DNA of 21,790 nucleotides, from NCBI GenBank assembly GCA_963736115.1, contig CAVTNR010000024.1, positions 1 through 21,790 on the forward strand. The letters are read 5' to 3'. Position 1 is the first letter of the stretch, and every line of letters starts with the position of its first letter. Positions 15,993 through 21,790 of this stretch are shown one piece after another. Both the position numbers and the translations under genes were made by a program. This DNA comes from an uncultured bacterium. GTDB taxonomy: Bacteria > Zhuqueibacterota > QNDG01 > DTFT01. The notes below the pieces were generated by a model. It did no database searches. It was not told the DNA's origin and saw nothing but the letters and a program-made list of their open reading frames with translations.

Positions 15993-18900
15993 CTGGCGGT
16001 CTGGGCCGCTCCCATGAAACGCTGAACCTCGCCGGTCCGGCGGTTGTAGGCGGAAATGGAAGTGCGGGGGCCGTATCCTGTGACGGCCAGCGCGGTGAGG
16101 GATCCCTTTTCCTGGGGCATCATGACGACGGAGTTCAGGTAAGTTCCGTTTTCATCCAGAAAATGGATACCGTTCCGGTCCGTGACGAACAGTTCAATGG
16201 GCCGGTGGAAGCGGTCTCCCTGAATGTCGACGCCTTCCAGGTCCTCGGCAACCGCAATGCGGGAAGGATAGCAGAAGCGGGCCGGCTTGCCGACATCCGC
16301 CGGGCCGTTCTCTCCGAAACCGCCGAAAGAGCGGAGACAGAGGCCGTCCGGGCCGAAGATGAAAATCGAGTGGCGCGCCCAGTCCACCACATAGACATTG
16401 CCCCTGGAATCCGCGGCGACGCCTTCCGGGCTCTTCAGCCGGGTCGTATCCGGGAACTGCACCCGGAACTCCTCCTCGGCGGCGTGGTTGGCGGCGTCGC
16501 GGTAGAGCAGAATCTGCCCCTTGCGGGCCTGGGTTACCAAATAACCCTGGTGAACCCGGGAATAGGCGAAATCCCGGTACGCAACGTTGGACTGGAACGC
16601 CCGGACGAGGCCTGTGGCAGCAAGGCCCGCGCCGCCTCCGGGAACGAAAACCGCGTTGCCGTCGAGCCGCTCGGTGAAACGCATCAGGTCGGCGTTACCG
16701 CGGCTGTCGGCGCGCACGAAGGACAGGGCCGGCACCAGAGAAATCACCAGACGCGTCTCACGCGGTACCGTAAATTTCACGGAACGGAAAACCGGGTAGA
16801 ATCCCTCGCCGGTGACGCGGATCGAAGCGGTGTCGCCGAGGGAATAGGTTTTCCGGACCGTCCCGGTGCCGTCCAGTTCGACGGGTTCGCCGTTGACGTA
16901 GACGGATGCGCCGAGGCCGGCGCCGTCCGGGAACGCGACGCTCAGCACCAGCGTCGAGAGAACGGCGCCGGTTCGCTCCCGGATCCCGGCGTTCAGCGCG
17001 GCGAACGCGGCGGAACGCGGACGGATGCCCGGCGTCGGAAACGCGGACGGGGTGATCGCATCCTTCCGTATCCCGTACCGGAGCATCAGGGACAGTCCTT
17101 CCTGAAGAATGGCCGTCTTCTGGTAAACGGACTCGACGAACTGTTCAACCGAGACGTCGCCCCCGCGGCTCCAGCGCTCGGGGTACTGAATCGCGTCGAG
17201 TCGCACACCGCTCAGCACGTCGGTGCCTCCGGCCAGCGCCTCCCGGGATTCATCGATGGCGCGGTTCGCGGAAGCGGCGGCGTTGGCCCAGATCTCTCCG
17301 CCCGATGCGCCTTCGGTTTTGCGGATGACGGCCTCGTAGCACTGCCGGGCGGCCGCGGTTTTCCGCTCCCGGCGCAGGATCTCGCCGAGGAAATAGGCCG
17401 CACGGACACTCTGGCCCTCGTTGACGAGCGAAATAAACAGCCCCCGCGCGTCGTCGAACTCGTCCGCTGCGAGGAGGCTTCGCGCTCGGAGGTATTTACC
17501 TTCAAGTTCAAACTCGCCTCTGCAGTCCTTGACCCGGTCGGCTGCTTCTTTGAACCGGGCGCCCTTGTTTTTGACTTGGATCTCGGCGTCCAAAAACCGG
17601 TACAGGCCCTGGTAATACCGGGTTTCGGACTCGCGTTTGCTCTGGGTGAACTTGAACAGGGGCTCGATCTTATTCAGAATGTTCCGCCGGTCCTGTCCCA
17701 CGACCTGGTTGGCGCGCACGAGCAGGCTGCGCACGATTCCGAAAATGGCGTCGATCCGTGCGTCCGGGGAGCCCTCGAGGTTCTGCCAGACGTTTTTGGG
17801 ATCGAGCAGAACGGCCGCCAGGTCCCGGAGCGCGGCTTTTTTCTCACGGACAAAAGCGGTCTCGGGCTTGAACTGATCGGCCTCCGCGAGGAACGCGCGG
17901 AGCGCGGATCCGGAACCGGCCGATACGGCCATCTCGAAAGACATGGTGAGGAGCTGGAGTCGCGCGTCTTCCCGCAGAACCCGCATGCGGAAATCCCCAG
18001 CGGATGCCTCCGTTCCGGTCAGAAAAGCCTCGAATGCGGCTTTGGCCTCCTCCGCTCCGGTCAGTGCGTTCAATCGGCCCGCCCAGAAACGGGATTCGGG
18101 CACGGCTGTGAAGGCCGGCGTCAGGTTCTGCTCGACGAGCGCGAAAATACGGTTGGTGAAGGTTTCGTTGTCCCTGAAACCCGCGCTGTTGGCGATGTCC
18201 CGGCTGTCGCGCAGGCCGCGGTAGAAGCTCCGCTCCGCCGCGGATGCGGACGCGGCCTGGCTTTCGAGGAGGCGGTCGAGGGCTTGCCGATCCTGCGCCG
18301 ATCCGCTGTTCAGAAAAGCGTGAAGTCCGGCGGCCAGATCGGAGGCCGCCAGCACGGGCTGGGCATTGAAGGAGACCGAGTCGGCGAGGCCCGAGTAGGC
18401 GGCGCGGCGGAAGAAATCCGCCGCGGTCGCGGAAACGGTTGATGCCTTGCGCGGGTCGCGGAGAGATGAGAATAGCGGTCCGGATACGGATTCATAGACG
18501 CATCCCCGCTCGTACGCGGCGTCGCGGTGTCGGATCAGGGCCGCGGTCCTGAGATCCGCGGAAGCGGCCGGGTCCGAGGCCGCGGCGCGGAATGAGGCGG
18601 CCGCGGCGATGCACCCGTCCACGGCCTTCTGCGCCTGGAAGTTCTGAGCCAGTGCCGCGATGCGGAGGCGCTGATGCTCCGCGAGCCGGAGCGCGGTCTC
18701 GCCCTCCATGTACAATGCGGCCACTCGCAGGGAATCATCCGAGGACTTGGACAGGTCGCGGAAGTTCGCGTGCGCCTTTTCCAGGTCATCCGCTGCGCCG
18801 CCTCTCAGCTCGGACACGCGGAAAAAAGCCCAGGCTTTCTTATACCGCGCGTTGTCGACCAGGTAGGGATTGGATTCGCGAAGGGGTACACGCTTCAGGC

Positions 18901-19180
18901 ATTCGTCGAAAGCCGCCAGAGCCTCGTCGAAATGGTTCACGGCATCAGACGCGTTCGCGGACGCGAGCCCCAGGTTGTACCGGCTTTCGCCGATGTAATA
19001 GTATCCCAGTTCGGCTTCCGCGGGCGTGCGTTTCATCCAGGCCCGGATGGAATCGATGGCGGCCTGGTATTCTCCGCGGTTGAAAAGCTGGAGCCGGCTG
19101 GAGCCGAAAAAGGGCTCCTGCGCCGACGCCGCGGCGCAGAAGAGCATCGCGATAACCGTGAAGACCTTCTGGATGCGCAT
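15989..19180 (-). CDS. Secreted TPR/alpha-solenoid protein with a PEGA-like domain and C-terminal NHL beta-propeller
   Basis: Signal peptide (..AAASA|QE); TPR-like segments (YYYIGESRYNLG, ARYKKAWAFF, AAYFLGEIL); PEGA-like GASVYVNG...IRVTGEGFYP; NHL repeats SPEGVAADSRGNVYVVD and FCYPSRIAV. Confidence 0.72.
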   Translation of the reverse strand: MRIQKVFTVIAMLFCAAASAQEPFFGSSRLQLFNRGEYQAAIDSIRAWMKRTPAEAELGYYYIGESRYNLGLASANASDAVNHFDEALAAFDECLKRVPLRESNPYLVDNARYKKAWAFFRVSELRGGAADDLEKAHANFRDLSKSSDDSLRVAALYMEGETALRLAEHQRLRIAALAQNFQAQKAVDGCIAAAASFRAAASDPAASADLRTAALIRHRDAAYERGCVYESVSGPLFSSLRDPRKASTVSATAADFFRRAAYSGLADSVSFNAQPVLAASDLAAGLHAFLNSGSAQDRQALDRLLESQAASASAAERSFYRGLRDSRDIANSAGFRDNETFTNRIFALVEQNLTPAFTAVPESRFWAGRLNALTGAEEAKAAFEAFLTGTEASAGDFRMRVLREDARLQLLTMSFEMAVSAGSGSALRAFLAEADQFKPETAFVREKKAALRDLAAVLLDPKNVWQNLEGSPDARIDAIFGIVRSLLVRANQVVGQDRRNILNKIEPLFKFTQSKRESETRYYQGLYRFLDAEIQVKNKGARFKEAADRVKDCRGEFELEGKYLRARSLLAADEFDDARGLFISLVNEGQSVRAAYFLGEILRRERKTAAARQCYEAVIRKTEGASGGEIWANAAASANRAIDESREALAGGTDVLSGVRLDAIQYPERWSRGGDVSVEQFVESVYQKTAILQEGLSLMLRYGIRKDAITPSAFPTPGIRPRSAAFAALNAGIRERTGAVLSTLVLSVAFPDGAGLGASVYVNGEPVELDGTGTVRKTYSLGDTASIRVTGEGFYPVFRSVKFTVPRETRLVISLVPALSFVRADSRGNADLMRFTERLDGNAVFVPGGGAGLAATGLVRAFQSNVAYRDFAYSRVHQGYLVTQARKGQILLYRDAANHAAEEEFRVQFPDTTRLKSPEGVAADSRGNVYVVDWARHSIFIFGPDGLCLRSFGGFGENGPADVGKPARFCYPSRIAVAEDLEGVDIQGDRFHRPIELFVTDRNGIHFLDENGTYLNSVVMMPQEKGSLTALAVTGYGPRTSISAYNRRTGEVQRFMGAAQTAR

Positions 19181-19260
19181 GAAAGGAACCTCGCTGTCTA
19201 TGAAGTCCGCCAGTTTCTTTCGGATGAGACGATTGATCTCAAAGTGAAATAATCCGTTAA

Positions 19261-19289
19261 ATTATACGAATGAATTTTATTAAAATCAA
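19261..19289 (-). promoter_or_regulatory. sigma70-type promoter for the TPR-NHL / lipid kinase / MEMO unit
   Basis: Minus strand TTGATT (19289-19284), 17-nt spacer, TATAAT (19266-19261). Confidence 0.7.
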
Positions 19290-19511
19290 CTCCTTTAATT
19301 CCATCCCCTTATGCAGGCAGGAAAACCCGGGTAAAAACATGCATTCCATCAATGCACAAACCAAGCCGTTCTATTGAACTTAGCGGCTTTCTGTGACATT
19401 TTCTTCAAAAATGAAATAATGCCCGGAACGGAGATCACGAACCATCATCAAGACACCCTTCATCGCGCTCCCAAGAACCCGCGAATGAATGTTAACAGCT
19501 CCTACCGGACG

Positions 19512-21790
19512 TCATTTCATGAGCATCATTTTCCTGGAGACCGTGAACCGTCCTGCTTGAATCCGGACGACATAGATGCCGGACAGGACAGCCGCGCCGG
19601 TCCCGTCCCTCCCGTCCCAGACCACGCTGTGCCATCCCGCATTCTTTCTGCCCTCCAGGAGGATTCGGACCCGCTGGCCCAGGGCATTGTAGATCTCCAG
19701 CCGGACATCCGATGCCCTCGGCAGTCCGAAACCGATGGTGGTCTCCGGATTGAAGGGATTCGGATGGTTGGGAAGCAAGGTGAACCGGAGAGGCGCCGTC
19801 ATGAAGGCGGAATTCTCCTCCGGGTATTCCACGCCGTCCCATACGGTGATGAATCCCGTATTCCTGTTGTCGTGATGCAGTTTCGGCCAGTCGCTGTCCG
19901 CCAATCCCGCGCTCCCGGTGTGAAAAGCGTACAGGTTTCCATCGTTCCATCCGACGAGAACCGTTCCGTCCTGCGCGATGGCCGGTGCGCTGCATCCGTC
20001 CGCGCCGTGAATCGGATAGGACCAATGCAGGGTTCCGTCCGGATTCAACGAATAAAAACGGGAATCGCCGGAACCAAAATAGATGCGGCCGTCGGAATCC
20101 ACCGCCGCAGAAGAGGAGATCGGACCATCCGTCTGGAAGACCCAGGCCGTTGAACCGTCCGGATTCACCGCGAACATTCGTCCGTCACCCGATCCGCAAT
20201 AGATCACGCCCCCCGGACCGAGGACGGGATCCACGAAGGACGCTCCTTCGACGGGATATGCCCAGAGCAGGGTATTCCCATGCAGAGCCAGCAAAGAATC
20301 CCCGGCACCGATATAAAGCCGGCCGTATCGATCGATCGCAGCCGATGTGAAATCCCTGCCTTCGCTGAACTCCCATGCAGGGTTGCCGTCTCCGTAAATC
20401 GAGATCAAGACGGACCCTTCCCCCGGAGAAGTCCTTTCCGCTCCGAAGGTGACAACACCGAACGACCCTATTGCAGGATCTGAAACGGCCTCGAACCCGT
20501 CATTCGCCATGTTCCAGTTCATGGAACCGTCATCCAGGAGACAGAAATATCCGAAAAAAAGCGCATTGTCGTGGGTTGCCGGCGTTACTCTTTTCCAATT
20601 CCGATCCGCGTACCCTTCGGCCGTCCATTTCACGGTACCGTCTGGAGAGACTGTTTTTCCCTCGAAATACACGGATCCGTCCTCGAGCAGCACGGGATTC
20701 GTTTCATTGTCCGTTCTCCGAATCCGACGTCGACCGCAGGATCCATCCGGATGAAGCGCATGAAGCCCGTTTCCGAACCAGGGCGATCCGACATAAACGG
20801 TGCCATCCGTGCCGACGGCCGGCGATAATGGAAATGGTACCTGTATGCGTCCCCCATTTCGTTTCCGACGGGGGCGCTTCCGACCAGGCCGTCCATTTCA
20901 ACCCGCAATGGATCTTCACGAAATCCGACGAGGATGCGCCGGAGTCGTCCGACACCGTCAATCGGAACCGGTATATTCCGTGTGTCGAAAGCCTGACGGT
21001 GGCCGAAGCGTTTTTCGGTGTCGTTATCACAACCGAGGCCCCTTCCGGTTTCTCAAGGCATTGCCAGGAGTACGTCATCGGGCCCGGGTTCGGGCTGAAT
21101 GAGTCGCTCCCCGTCGAGTGTGATGGGCATCCGGATTGGTCTGCAGACGGTTCGAAGCGGCGATCGCCACCGGCGATCCCTCTTTCAGAAGACATCCCGT
21201 GTTTCCGGGGTTGCCTTTTGTTTTCAGCCCAGGGCCGTGCAGGGCCGGAATTGCCGGAAAAGATGGCCTTCAATTGCCCGCCGTGCTGGATGATGACTGT
21301 GCTGTCCGGTGTCAACGCCGGGGATGAGGATGCGATCGGGGCGAGTATGTACCACGACACGGGTTTCGGACCAGATTCAACGCGTAGTAGAAATTATTGC
21401 CGTCCCCGACATAGATCCGTCCGTCGGACCCGATTGCGGGTGTGGATTGAACGGGACCAAGGCTGTTGTTCATCAGATGACCCGTTCGATCGCTTCCATC
21501 CGGATTCAGCGCCCCGTCATCCCGCCATCCCGTCCCCGAAATAGACGGCGCCGTCCGCATCGACAACAGGCCAGTTCGCCACCCATGCATACGGCACGAC
21601 GATGCCATCGCATCTTCCCGTCCACGTCCACCGCGAACAGTGCGCCGTCTTCGCCTATGAGGGATTCCCACGAAAATATTTCGCGACTCCGACGTATACC
21701 GTCCCATCCGCCCCGAGCCCCGGCACGCCCGTGATTTTCAAGAGTGTCCCGAATTTCCATTTCAGGGAACCGTCCCGTCTGAGCGCGAAC
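19512..21790 (-). CDS. Large secreted protein (5' partial, multiply frameshifted): PQQ/BamB-like beta-propeller, PKD/REJ-like domain, second propeller, FlgD-Ig/T9SS-like C-terminal domain
   Basis: Repeats of the type A(L/V)xxDGxxxW and PAIGxDGxxYxG run across several frames from the window end (FALRRDGSLKWKF, LFAVDVDGKMRW, STPAIGSDGRIYVG). PKD-like MTYSWQ...GIYRFRLTVSD. C-terminal NHPNPFNPETTI...WDGRD...SGIYVVRI...RKMMLMK. Confidence 0.78.

Noticed and set aside
15971-18442. 823-aa plus-strand ORF (and other long plus-strand ORFs such as 1047-2057, 4803-6140, 6151-7440, 10541-12016, 14904-16025)
   Set aside because: Antisense shadows of well-supported minus-strand genes in GC-rich DNA; no recognisable motifs.
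1-21790. CRISPR array, tRNA/rRNA, transposase or integrase
   Set aside because: No spaced direct repeats, structural RNA signatures or recombinase motifs seen.

Overview
GC-rich bacterial window in which every credible gene lies on the minus strand. The host is probably a Gram-negative anaerobe or microaerophile of FCB/KSB1/Calditrichota type; this is inferred from a FlgD-Ig/T9SS-like C-terminal domain and a DUF5777-like barrel. In transcription order (right to left) there are three blocks. (1) A heavily frameshifted secreted beta-propeller/PKD/FlgD-Ig protein. (2) A three-gene unit: secreted TPR-PEGA-NHL protein, DAG-kinase-family lipid kinase, MEMO1/AmrB protein. (3) A ~14 kb co-oriented oxidative-stress/iron/Fe-S island starting at a consensus sigma70 promoter overlapped by a Fur-type box. 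Its genes are perR-like regulator, exported superoxide-reductase-fold protein, DUF5777-like outer-membrane barrel, rubrerythrin, 2-oxoacid:ferredoxin oxidoreductase alpha/beta, ferritin-like di-iron protein, rubredoxin, ferritin, pyruvate:ferredoxin oxidoreductase, truncated DHODH-like flavoprotein, 1Fe superoxide reductase, second ferritin-like protein, orphan cytochrome b-like membrane protein, cysteine desulfurase, IscU-DUF59 fusion and TusA. Several genes carry single-base homopolymer indels typical of long-read assembly error. The most novel-looking element is the exported SOR-fold protein with a mature N-terminal His and a His-to-Phe ligand change, paired with an outer-membrane barrel directly behind the PerR-like regulator.
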